This document shows, piece after piece, positions 10,222 to 19,161 of a stretch of DNA of 52,148 bases (position 1 is the first letter of the stretch; each line of letters starts with the position of its first letter). The DNA is from a virus (taxonomy: Duplodnaviria; Caudoviricetes). The stretch covers positions 1 to 52,148 of the IMG/VR virus record IMGVR_UViG_3300037137_001787. One strand, given 5' to 3'. The notes beneath the pieces are model-generated. The model saw nothing but the letters and a program-made list of their open reading frames with translations. It was not told the DNA's origin and did not search any database. Made by a program: the position numbers and the translations under genes.

Positions 10222-10354
10222 ATACTCCTAATTATGATACGATGGTTATCATAATAATTCCTATGTTTTTATAGGAAACATTGGTTTCGTTGTGTTGTAT
10301 GGACACCCCACAAAATCCCACTGAACCCATACACGCATTGAACATCGCTGAGTA

Positions 10355-10516
10355 TTATCGAGTGGTGTTCTGTTTTTCATTGGATAGTTTTTGAATATGC
10401 TTTCTCACGCAAGTTTGAGAAATAAATAACGCAACCGCTATCTGGTTGTTGAACATTTTGTCTTTATTATCGAGAATAAACTTCTTATCCGATTCAGTCA
10501 GTGATTGTCCTTTCAT
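10355..10516 (-). CDS. Small HTH-like protein (53 aa)
   Basis: Translated by hand: MKGQSLTESDKKFILDNKDKMFNNQIAVALFISQTCVRKHIQKL. Start overlaps the portal stop. Confidence 0.55.
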   Translation of the reverse strand: MKGQSLTESDKKFILDNKDKMFNNQIAVALFISQTCVRKHIQKLSNEKQNTTR

Positions 10517-11811
10517 GTTAGCGGTTGCTGAATTCCCGGCGGTTCTTTCGCTGACTGTTCCTGTCCCTTTTGTTCTGGCACTTCTTGAGATGGTTTGGTC
10601 GCTGGCTCATTGTCTAATTCTCCCGATTCGATATTAAAACGTTTTTGTATCCATTGAACTGGAAATACTGCAAATGGATCTTGTGGACTCGCCATCATTA
10701 CTTTCGATATATACGTTGCTATCAGATTTTCATCTGATGGATCAGGATCATTCCATATAAGGCGGATTTTCCCCGGAGTGCCTGTTTTCCTGTCAATGAC
10801 GTTCGTATTATAACATTGCGCGACAAATCCCTGGAATGTTTGGATCTTTTTATAGAATGCTTTGATACGCTGAGTTCCTGTGTTGTCAGTACTGCTTCTT
10901 TTTAATCCAACCAGTTCTTCTGGTACACCAAGGGCAGCCGCAACGCGCATCAAAGAAACATCATTATACTCTTCTATTTTCTCAAGACCGCCTTCATCAA
11001 TATTTTTTATTTCAATATCGTGTGGAGTTATGAATTCGTTCTTGACCTCAATATCTTCAAACTTCTTGCGGATATCATCAAGAATATCATCTGGTATGAG
11101 TTCTGCTTCCCTACCGACTTTAACATGATATTTCTTGAATCCATGCCTGAACATTGCTGTAGATGATGCATCAGCAACTTTTGTATCCCTGATAATATCA
11201 TCATAGGCACGTTTCATTAACGATAAACCATATAATGAACCGCTTTGCGGCAACAGAACAAGATGAGTTATCTGGTCGGGTTTAAGTTTCGTTCCGGTTC
11301 CAGTATTCTCGTCCTGGACCTGAGTATAAGATTTGATGATACCCTTATCATCATAATCAATATTGAAATCAATCGGACTTCTGGGCGCGAGCGTGATTAT
11401 TTCCCCTCCGTTGCCCCGTGTTCCGACATTTTCCTGGAACGCATCACCGAAAACAATCGCATCACTGACAGCCTGCCAGACAATTTGAGGGAAGTTGATG
11501 GAATCTAACCAATCTTTTATTTCATTGTTATTATCCCCTTCAAGTCGGTATCCATTTGAGAGAATAAAAAGAGGGTACAGATCAAGTGCAGTCGAAACAA
11601 GACCGCCCTGTTCATACATATCACGATACTTTTTAAGAGTTTCACGATTACGTTTCTTTTCACCGAAGAATTCTTTTTGTTTCCCGCCCGTTTCAATCCA
11701 GGTACGGGGTTTGGCTTTCGCTATTTCTTCGGGAGATACTGGAGCGAGCACGGCGGCAGGTAATGATTCAAGTTCTTCTAACGTCTTTTGCCTGCTGCCG
11801 ATGATAATCAT
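10513..11811 (-). CDS. Portal protein
   Basis: DAIVFGDAFQE, YGLSLM and AALGVPEELVG motifs, between terminase and protease. Confidence 0.9.
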   Translation of the reverse strand: MIIIGSRQKTLEELESLPAAVLAPVSPEEIAKAKPRTWIETGGKQKEFFGEKKRNRETLKKYRDMYEQGGLVSTALDLYPLFILSNGYRLEGDNNNEIKDWLDSINFPQIVWQAVSDAIVFGDAFQENVGTRGNGGEIITLAPRSPIDFNIDYDDKGIIKSYTQVQDENTGTGTKLKPDQITHLVLLPQSGSLYGLSLMKRAYDDIIRDTKVADASSTAMFRHGFKKYHVKVGREAELIPDDILDDIRKKFEDIEVKNEFITPHDIEIKNIDEGGLEKIEEYNDVSLMRVAAALGVPEELVGLKRSSTDNTGTQRIKAFYKKIQTFQGFVAQCYNTNVIDRKTGTPGKIRLIWNDPDPSDENLIATYISKVMMASPQDPFAVFPVQWIQKRFNIESGELDNEPATKPSQEVPEQKGQEQSAKEPPGIQQPLT

Positions 11812-11891
11812 ATTATTATGATAATAGTGTTATAGGTATTTAATTTTAATGTAAAGGATAGTTATTTATACATTGACGTTAATGTTAATGT

Positions 11892-12011
11892 ATGAAGCGG
11901 ATCAATGTTATGGTCTCTAATGAGGCGAAAGAAATAATTCTGGAATTCCAGAAAGAACAAAAAATAAATACGCTCGATGAAGCTGTTAATTCTTATATTT
12001 TAACAAAATGA
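11892..12011 (+). CDS. Small ribbon-helix-helix-like DNA-binding protein (39 aa)
   Basis: MKRINVMVSNEAKEIILEFQKEQKINTLDEAVNSYILTK, with a TTTATA box ~25 nt upstream. Confidence 0.55.
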   Translation: MKRINVMVSNEAKEIILEFQKEQKINTLDEAVNSYILTK

Positions 12012-12016
12012 TACTT

Positions 12017-12141
12017 ATCGAGTCGAATCAAGTCTCATCAAGTCTCATCAAGTCAAGTCGTGTCATATCTCATCGAGTCCTGTCAGGTCGGGTCGAATCA
12101 TGTCAAATCGCGTCAACTCTTGTCAAACCGAATCATATCAA
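12017..12141. repeat. Degenerate pentamer array (RTCNN) x25
   Basis: atcga gtcga atcaa gtctc atcaa ... keeps strict 5-nt phase for 125 bp. Confidence 0.9.
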
Positions 12142-12159
12142 TCGAATTGAATTGAACAA

Positions 12160-13470
12160 TTACCATCTTCTTTTTTTACTAATGATGTTTCTAAAACGGT
12201 TTGGATCACCATTTCCACTCAACTGATTAAATGCCATAGAAACCGAATCAATAATATCGTCGTGTCGCCCCATAGGGAAAAGAACAAATTCATTCAAAAT
12301 ATCAGGAATAATCGGAATGCCTGAGTAAATCTTAACATTGTGATGACTTGCGGCGGCAGACAATCCTTGAGCACGTGTCACCTTGTCACCCGTAGATTTT
12401 ACACCATAAAATGAATATCCTTTCAATACTCGTCGTGCGTAATCTTCAATAACTATCTTTCCTGATGATCCTGGCTCTTGTTCTGCATAAATCTGTACCG
12501 CCTTTCCATCCATTTCAGCAACTTGCTGGATAAGTTTCTCCACATCTCCGGGATTTTTACGGAATCTTACTACATCCTTGATGAAAAACTGCCCCTGAAA
12601 CTCGGTCATGAGGCAGCCAACAGTATAATCAGCATCCGAATAATCTTTCTGTTCAGTCGCCGCCATATCCCATGCACGAATCGTTCTTCCTCTTGGCACG
12701 TCATGCACGAAATCGAACCATTCCCTCCTGAACATACCTGAGCTGAACGAAATATCCCAATTACCTTCTTTGAGCTGGGCGCGAGTTATGGGGTCGAGTT
12801 TATCCAATGCCAGTTCATATTCTTTTTGGTCTAAGTGTGGATTATCAAGATATGTAGCAGGGACGAAAAATCTATCTTTCCCTTTATAAGTGATGAATCG
12901 TGATTTGACGAAATCGTGACCTACGTCACCAGGATTCGATGCCGCCCTCATCCGTATTGGGATTTCGCTATTTTTTAGTCGACGCAATCTTGAGAAAAGA
13001 TATAAATATTGACTTTCGAGAAACTGTGAAAGTTCATCGAATCCACAAAATTGAAAATTTGACCCTTGATATCTGAATTTATCTCGTTCTGCTTCCAGAT
13101 ATCCAAATGTTAATGTAGCTCCTGATGGAAATTGCCACGTTTTAGTAATATCGTCCCAATGTGCATCTGTATCACTGAGCCATTCCCATGCCCTATCCAT
13201 CAATGCGCCGGGGAGAGATAGATCTTTGAATGACCTTCGTAATAATATTGCAGAATATCCGGAGTACTGGACATATTGTAAAGCTGCCATTAACAGCCCT
13301 GAACTTTTCCCAGGCCCAGCAGATCCACCCAGAAGTCCTTCTATTTCATCGTGCATCAAAAACATAGCTTGTTTGAAACTCGGTTTCTGTTTGATATATG
13401 GATTCTCACGTACTGTTTTCAGGAATAATGCCATTCGCTGCTTGTCGGAATCGGTGATTATATTCGTCAT
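12160..13470 (-). CDS. terL: Terminase large subunit
   Basis: Walker A GGSAGPGKS, Walker B FDE, ASNPG motif, RNase H-like nuclease motifs (AWDMA...HDDIIDS). Confidence 0.95.
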   Translation of the reverse strand: MTNIITDSDKQRMALFLKTVRENPYIKQKPSFKQAMFLMHDEIEGLLGGSAGPGKSSGLLMAALQYVQYSGYSAILLRRSFKDLSLPGALMDRAWEWLSDTDAHWDDITKTWQFPSGATLTFGYLEAERDKFRYQGSNFQFCGFDELSQFLESQYLYLFSRLRRLKNSEIPIRMRAASNPGDVGHDFVKSRFITYKGKDRFFVPATYLDNPHLDQKEYELALDKLDPITRAQLKEGNWDISFSSGMFRREWFDFVHDVPRGRTIRAWDMAATEQKDYSDADYTVGCLMTEFQGQFFIKDVVRFRKNPGDVEKLIQQVAEMDGKAVQIYAEQEPGSSGKIVIEDYARRVLKGYSFYGVKSTGDKVTRAQGLSAAASHHNVKIYSGIPIIPDILNEFVLFPMGRHDDIIDSVSMAFNQLSGNGDPNRFRNIISKKRRW

Positions 13471-13477
13471 ATTGTTC

Positions 13478-13819
13478 CTATCGACTCAACTCAATCGCCT
13501 TCGCGTATTCTTCAACTTCTTTCTTGATATCTATCTTTACGATATTCAATGTCTTATTGCTTCTATCCAGATCTCCTTTCAGTTCTGCACGTAACTCCTG
13601 CGCTTTTATCAATGAATTAATGAGTGGCGCAATCTTTTCAGGACTCACACCGACATTCTGCGCTTCGATAATGAGTTGATTGATCTTCTCTACAATCGAA
13701 TTCATCGCTTCGGTCGGCTCTGAGGAGAGGGGTGTAATTGGTTTCGGTAAACTGACCTTGTTCATCGCTTCGAGCTTATTGAATATTGCCTGCGCCTGTT
13801 CACTGATTACGATTGACAT
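13478..13819 (-). CDS. Probable terminase small subunit
   Basis: Helical 113 aa protein directly upstream of terL. Positional inference. Confidence 0.5.
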   Translation of the reverse strand: MSIVISEQAQAIFNKLEAMNKVSLPKPITPLSSEPTEAMNSIVEKINQLIIEAQNVGVSPEKIAPLINSLIKAQELRAELKGDLDRSNKTLNIVKIDIKKEVEEYAKAIELSR

Positions 13820-13927
13820 ATGGTATTATTCTCCTTTGATTATCTTAAAGGCTTCGCACTTGTAGTGCGGGGTATCGGTCTGTTCGCTGTGAACATACGC
13901 ATCCATTTTTTTTATAATTCGTGGGGT

Positions 13928-15274
13928 CAAGGGGTTAGAGAAAACCCCGCGCCTTTAGGCCGGGGATGAATCGTACCCCTTGGAATTGTAATACCTGTCC
14001 CAAAATAGCAATTGTCGAGAAAGCACGAAAGGACAGGCAAAGGATAATAAAGTATTAAAACAATATAAAGATGTCGAGTAAAACATGAAAAAAACATTCC
14101 AATTCAGGATATACCCAAACAAGAATCAAGAAGTAGCCCTGAACAGAACACTTTCTACATGCAGACGACTCTATAATGATTCTCTTGCTGAACGAAAACG
14201 GCAAGCTGAACTTAACGAACTTGAAAGGACATTCGATGTAACTCCGTGGGGTAAACCCGAATGGTTAAACTACTACGATCAAGCCAATAGTCTATCGGGT
14301 TCAAAGACCGTCTTCCAGAAAGACGTATTCTCTCAGGTCTTACAAAACGTCTTGAAAAGAGTCGAAAGAAGCTTTAAGAATTTTTTTAATGGCTTTGGCT
14401 ACCCCCGTTTTCAGGGAAGAGAAAGGTATAATAGTTTTACCTTTCCGCAATCTGGCTTCAAAATCGAAGATGGAAAACTCAATCTCTCGAAAATAGGAAA
14501 CATTAAGATAGTCCTGCATCGTGAAATTGAAGGCATAATCAAAACCTGTACCATCAAAAAGGATATTGATCAATGGTATGTTTCCTTCTCATGCGAAATC
14601 GACATACCCATAATTCCTGTTGAGGTCAAGACCGAAACAGGCATAGACGTTGGATTGAAATCCCTGATAACCATGAGCAACGGTTGCCAGATTGAGCCTC
14701 CCGAATTTCTAAGAGTATCAGAAAAGAAGCTAACCCGCGAACAGAAGCGACTAAGTCGGAAAAAGAAAAGATCACAAAACAGGAACACCCAGAGAATCGT
14801 AGTAGCAAAAGTACATCGAAGGATCAGGAATCAGAGAAAAGATTTTGCTCATAAGATAAGCAGGAAACTTGTTACTGAATATGATCATATTGTGTTTGAG
14901 GATTTGCAGATACAAAACATGGTTAAGAACTATCGTCTTGCTAAATCCATATCAGATGCAGGATGGTCACAGTTAATCAATTTCACAAAAACCAAAGCAG
15001 AATACGCTGGGAAGATAGTTGAATTGGTTAATCCAAGAAATACAAGTCAGAATTGTAGCAGTTGTGGTAATTCAGTCAAAAAAGACCTATCTATGAGGAT
15101 ACACAGTTGTCCCTTTTGTGGTCTTGTTCTGGATAGAGATCATAATGCTGCAATTAATATCTTAGGACGATCAAATAGTACGGTAGGAATTACCGGAATT
15201 AACGCCCGTCAAGGACTTTCAATAGAGAGCCGATGCAGCGGGACGCCCCCAGCCTTTAGGCGGGGGTAATTCAC
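13928..15274 (+). mobile_element. IS200/IS605-family element 1 (TnpB only)
   Basis: Left-end hairpin ccccgcgcctttaggccgggg. Right-end hairpin cccccagcctttaggcggggg followed by taattcac (ends TCAC). Confidence 0.85.
14085..15269 (+). CDS. tnpB: TnpB RNA-guided nuclease
   Basis: FRIYP HTH, RuvC GIDVG / VFEDL / DRDHNAAINI, and a CxxC..CxxC Zn finger. Confidence 0.95.
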   Translation: MKKTFQFRIYPNKNQEVALNRTLSTCRRLYNDSLAERKRQAELNELERTFDVTPWGKPEWLNYYDQANSLSGSKTVFQKDVFSQVLQNVLKRVERSFKNFFNGFGYPRFQGRERYNSFTFPQSGFKIEDGKLNLSKIGNIKIVLHREIEGIIKTCTIKKDIDQWYVSFSCEIDIPIIPVEVKTETGIDVGLKSLITMSNGCQIEPPEFLRVSEKKLTREQKRLSRKKKRSQNRNTQRIVVAKVHRRIRNQRKDFAHKISRKLVTEYDHIVFEDLQIQNMVKNYRLAKSISDAGWSQLINFTKTKAEYAGKIVELVNPRNTSQNCSSCGNSVKKDLSMRIHSCPFCGLVLDRDHNAAINILGRSNSTVGITGINARQGLSIESRCSGTPPAFRRG

Positions 15275-15309
15275 AGTGTAGTAAAACTTGACAAAAATAA
15301 TTAAAATAT

Positions 15310-15350
15310 ATCGAAAAAAAAATAGTGGAAAAAAAGGAAGGAAAGTGGAT
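15310..15350 (-). terminator. Oligo-pyrimidine (T-rich) archaeal terminator-like tract
   Basis: The minus strand has runs of T/C directly after the stop at 15351. Confidence 0.4.
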
Positions 15351-15575
15351 TTAACTCTTTCCCTTTGCTTCAAGTTCTCTCATTTTTCTCAGCAGTAATT
15401 CTTGAACTTGCGGATCGCTGAACAATTTATTCAAAGTCTCATCGGCGCCTTTTCTTGAGTTAAGGTCTTGCCTGATTTCCTGCATCTGTTCCCTGAGCTT
15501 CTCATTTTCTTCGCGCAATTTTTTGTATCCATCGGATTCAACTACAAGAGGCTTGATATTGCGTAAGAACGTTAA
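15351..15575 (-). pseudogene. 5'-truncated gene remnant, possibly the C-terminal tail of a tyrosine integrase
   Basis: Open 74-codon frame LTFLRNIKPLVVESDGYKKLREENEKLREQ...GKS* with no upstream start, cut by the palindrome at 15576. The integrase assignment is by resemblance only. Confidence 0.45.
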
Positions 15576-15611
15576 GTGAATTACCCCCGCCTAAAGGCTG
15601 GGGTAATTCAC
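15576..15611. repeat. 36-bp palindromic solo IS605 right end
   Basis: gtgaattacccccgcctaaaggctggggtaattcac. 15576-15603 is the exact reverse complement of 15247-15274. Confidence 0.9.
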
Positions 15612-16229
15612 TCCCCATGCCTTCTTAATACCAATAATAGACTTCTTAATTAAGCACTTAGAATCTAAATCAGATGGTATCCATTTCATATCCCAATATT
15701 GTTTTGATAATCTTGCTATTTTAATATAACTATTACCATCAAGACTTTTTATATTCTTGAAATATGTTTTGTACCATAATTGTTTGCTTGGACTCCCCCC
15801 TAATAAATGAATGTTATAATTACAAATGTCCCAAGTCGCCAATCCCTCTGTTCCTCCATAGCTTGTAGGAATTGAAAAACCAATCATAAATTTTCTTTCA
15901 ATTCTTTCAATTATATCTTTACATTTTGGTATTATTATTACATTCTGAGAATATTGTCTTAACTCCTCTGCCAAATCTAAAATAGTATCTAAATCCGATT
16001 CGTTGAATATATCAGGAGCACAAACATATTTTGGTTTGATAAGTTTGCACAGTTGTAGGTGTTTTTCGATATCCGGTTTTTTATATGCAAAATCAAGAAA
16101 TTGAAGATTGTATTTCGTTCTTAGAGAATTAGCAGCATGTGTATTCGCTCCACATAGTATTTTAGTTTCGACTGCAATATCTAAATATTTTGGTTTGTCG
16201 ATACACATAATTAAATCTATTTTGTGCAT
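15591..16229 (-). CDS. TGT/DpdA-like TIM-barrel protein (DUF6610-like), putative deazaguanine transglycosylase
   Basis: FLD, APD, IHLLGG and SLDGNS motifs resemble TGT-fold enzymes. Coupled to queF. Confidence 0.6.
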   Translation of the reverse strand: MHKIDLIMCIDKPKYLDIAVETKILCGANTHAANSLRTKYNLQFLDFAYKKPDIEKHLQLCKLIKPKYVCAPDIFNESDLDTILDLAEELRQYSQNVIIIPKCKDIIERIERKFMIGFSIPTSYGGTEGLATWDICNYNIHLLGGSPSKQLWYKTYFKNIKSLDGNSYIKIARLSKQYWDMKWIPSDLDSKCLIKKSIIGIKKAWGVNYPSL

Positions 16230-16630
16230 ATTATCTCTGTTAAAATCCCACCACGAACATTAACTTTTAAGCGAAGTTCACAACTATCAGGTTTTACTGC
16301 ATCACAAAAATCCTTCAATACTTTTTGTGCAAGATGTTCATGAAGAATGCCTATTTCTTTATAAACTGATAAATACATTTTCAAGCTTTTCAATTCCGGG
16401 ATATTTCTAAATGGGACATATTTAAGATGTAACTCATAAAAATCAAGTAACCCAGTCATAGGACATAATGCAACAAGTTCTGTTGTACTATAGATTATTT
16501 CCGTTTTTTCTATTTGTATATATTCGAGTATAGCTATACTATATATGTTCTTTTGCATTACTTCATTCTGTTGTTTATTAACGTCTTGCAACGGCATATC
16601 TTCAATATGTTTTACAGTTTCTTTATCCAT
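16217..16630 (-). CDS. queF: QueF 7-cyano-7-deazaguanine (preQ0) reductase
   Basis: Catalytic LCPMTG..D, QueF signature ELKSLKMY, HE motif and C-terminal RGGI. Confidence 0.88.
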   Translation of the reverse strand: MDKETVKHIEDMPLQDVNKQQNEVMQKNIYSIAILEYIQIEKTEIIYSTTELVALCPMTGLLDFYELHLKYVPFRNIPELKSLKMYLSVYKEIGILHEHLAQKVLKDFCDAVKPDSCELRLKVNVRGGILTEIICTK

Positions 16631-17016
16631 ATATTTAATTCCCTTTTTCTTCCTTTAACTGTTTGTATTAGTTCGAAACCAAGATGTTTATAAAAACCAT
16701 TACTAAAGTTATCAACAGGGCATTTCAATTTAATGATAGTACGATTAAGAATTAGGGATTGTCTTACTAATTCATTTATTAATTCCTTCCCGTATCCCAT
16801 TTTTTGATATTCGGGTAATATCATCAATTCGTATATTGTTGTTTGTTGATCTCTCTTTCGATGATAGAAATGTAAAAACCCAATGATTCTTTCATCTTTC
16901 TTTTGAATAATTATTCTTTTTTCATTAATTGCCTTTTCAAGAATTCTTGTAGTAACAAAACCAATATCTTTTTTACACGAATCGGCAATTTTCTTAAGTT
17001 CTTCGAGGCATGTCAT
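16612..17016 (-). CDS. GNAT acetyltransferase
   Basis: IYELMILPEYQKMGYGKELI (acetyl-CoA motif A) and N..SNGFYKHLGF. Confidence 0.9.
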   Translation of the reverse strand: MTCLEELKKIADSCKKDIGFVTTRILEKAINEKRIIIQKKDERIIGFLHFYHRKRDQQTTIYELMILPEYQKMGYGKELINELVRQSLILNRTIIKLKCPVDNFSNGFYKHLGFELIQTVKGRKRELNIWIKKL

Positions 17017-17029
17017 TTTTTTTTAACCT

Positions 17030-17079
17030 ATGCGTCCGTTCGTAGATGCCTCGAAATTATATTCCGAGGTCGTGGTCAC
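17030..17079 (+). repeat. Solo IS605 right-end-like hairpin, ATGCG...GATGCCTCG-loop-CGAGGTCGTGGTCAC
   Basis: Same family as the reverse complement of 35779-35830. Ends in TCAC. Confidence 0.75.
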
Positions 17080-17114
17080 AATGATAATATACCACACATG
17101 CAACGGGTCAATTC

Positions 17115-18020
17115 TCATGGCAGGATGCTCGTTTTCATCGATGGCGGCGCAGGTTTCTTCGCAGCAAGTTTGTTCTTGTTTTCGTACCTGCTCTGATCTA
17201 TGCAGAACTTACAGTTCTCTGGCTTGTTATTGGCGCACGTCTCGAAAGCAACATCATCACAAGAGCCATCTTCCTGACCTTTCGGTTCTTCAAGAACCGC
17301 ATCATCATTATGATTATCACCAACAAGCGCAGATAACGGAACGTCCTTCAGGAATCCACGTAGGATAACGGCTTTATTCACGTAAGTCGCCACACCATAA
17401 GCATGCAGTATTGCCGTTTGTTCTGCCGGATGCTCATACAGATACACCAAGTCGCTGATGTTCGCATGAACGAACAGTAGATATCCAACTCGTGAAATGC
17501 GAATCTTCACTCCACCAGGATGAAGCCAATATATTGACTTCCCTGCTGTTTTTGGCTGAACCGAAAATTCAAACGCGGCGATCTCCTCGAATTGGAATGT
17601 TGGTGAACTCGGAGACAACTTCGTCTCAATCTTGCTCTGCGAGTTTGTTTCAGTCACAGGTCTCTCTGGCTTTACACTATCTATTTCAGTCACATTCGCG
17701 CGTGGATATGTTGAATCCCCACTCGCACTATTGCCGACTAACGCCAGCGTTAGTGAAGCACCTGAACTATCAGCCCGAGGCCCAGTTCTGCGATCAGTGA
17801 TACCCAACAGTTCCTTGACTTTCTGAACCAGTTTATCTTTCGAGACTGCAAACGTCTTGAACGTGCCGCCTGCTTTTACCAAATATCCTTCCGTACATTC
17901 GTCTATTGTTACACTTCTCATTATTTCACCGCACTTATTTCCCATTCGTGTTCGCAAAATACCTTGGGTTTGCCTTGATGTCGATTTCCTGGCGCGCCGG
18001 TGACATGATTCCACCGACAA
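17115..18020 (-). CDS. Hypothetical protein with a C-terminal Cys cluster (start probably ~17920)
   Basis: Long ORF with no recognised family. Confidence 0.55.
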   Translation of the reverse strand: MSVESCHRRARKSTSRQTQGILRTRMGNKCGEIMRSVTIDECTEGYLVKAGGTFKTFAVSKDKLVQKVKELLGITDRRTGPRADSSGASLTLALVGNSASGDSTYPRANVTEIDSVKPERPVTETNSQSKIETKLSPSSPTFQFEEIAAFEFSVQPKTAGKSIYWLHPGGVKIRISRVGYLLFVHANISDLVYLYEHPAEQTAILHAYGVATYVNKAVILRGFLKDVPLSALVGDNHNDDAVLEEPKGQEDGSCDDVAFETCANNKPENCKFCIDQSRYENKNKLAAKKPAPPSMKTSILP

Positions 18021-18434
18021 TCATGGACATGCGTTGAATCCCCATCATCCAACGGCAAACCAATGCCTATACATGGTAGAATTCTTCGAGGATTCATGAG
18101 TCCACCTCAGTCTCAGTTATAGCGTGTCTTGAAAATAGAAGGCAAGCCATTTCTTCTGAGTATTCATCTAATTTCTGTTGTATCTCGGCTTTTCGTTGAT
18201 TACATTGCCAACGGAATAACCAATACCTCTTATCTTTTAATAGATTATTCTTACACACTACCACTTTTAAGACTATCTGTATATTCGGCATTAATCCTCC
18301 TTCTTTCTGAGATTTACTCCTGAACCCCAAACATGTCTTCGGCTTGCATGACTTGTACTTCCTGTTAGTGGCAAGATTCACCGTCTGGCAGCCGAAACGA
18401 CCTGAATGATTCATGCAAGGATGCCCCAACATAA

Positions 18435-18632
18435 TCACGTCCTATTTAACAAATCTACGTTCTCATAACGCAACTCAGCAGCAATCCGAGCTTTAGTCAA
18501 TTTCCGCAAATGTGCCGTCAAAGCATCTTCCGCAAACATACTCAAATCACCCTTCTTCCCGCCACTCTCAGCTACGAATATTCTTATCTCCCTATCGATA
18601 TCATCACTTATCTGAAAATGCATGTGTCCCAT
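18435..18632 (-). CDS. Ribbon-helix-helix regulator
   Basis: MHFQISDDIDREIR...KKGDLSMFAEDAL, an archaeal RHH pattern. Confidence 0.7.
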   Translation of the reverse strand: MGHMHFQISDDIDREIRIFVAESGGKKGDLSMFAEDALTAHLRKLTKARIAAELRYENVDLLNRT

Positions 18633-18634
18633 AC

Positions 18635-19160
18635 CCTATACTTATGTGCGTATTCTATATATACTTATGTGCGCAAAACGATACGAAAAAACGGGGGGAA
18701 TTCTGGACTCCCTTTTTTATATGTGAAAAAAATCAGTGAAACAAAGCCCCCCACCACCACCACCACCACCATACCAAACGATACGAAATATGAAAGATAT
18801 GCGTGAAGATGTATAAATATAAAAGGAAAGAATTACTTTTAATAAACGCTAATAGATTGATACCGGGGCATGTACGTTAGTGTTAATGTCTTAACACTAT
18901 AGATGCTAACAACATAGCAAGTACATAGTGTTAGGTAACTTAACACTAACGCGCGCGCGATCTATCATTGTTCCGCGCGCATGTGCATGATGAGTATGCG
19001 CATGATTATGTGTTTTGCCTGGATCATTGCGCCGATCCGATCATTGCGCCATAATTTGCGTAACGCTATTGCGCACATATAAATGTTTTTGTAAATATAA
19101 ATAAGATGATTAGCACAACCATCTATATATACTTTAACATTGTATATACTATCTGATTGA
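18635..19160. promoter_or_regulatory. Divergent non-coding control region with direct and inverted repeats
   Basis: Strand switch. atacttatgtgcg x2, aaacgatacgaaa x2, a (CCA)n tract, tagtgtta/taacacta inverted pairs, a CG run and TATA-like boxes. Confidence 0.5.
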
Positions 19161-19161
19161 T

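Noticed and set aside
342-13865. Numerous plus-strand ORFs opposite the structural genes
   Set aside because: Antisense shadows of well-supported minus-strand genes.
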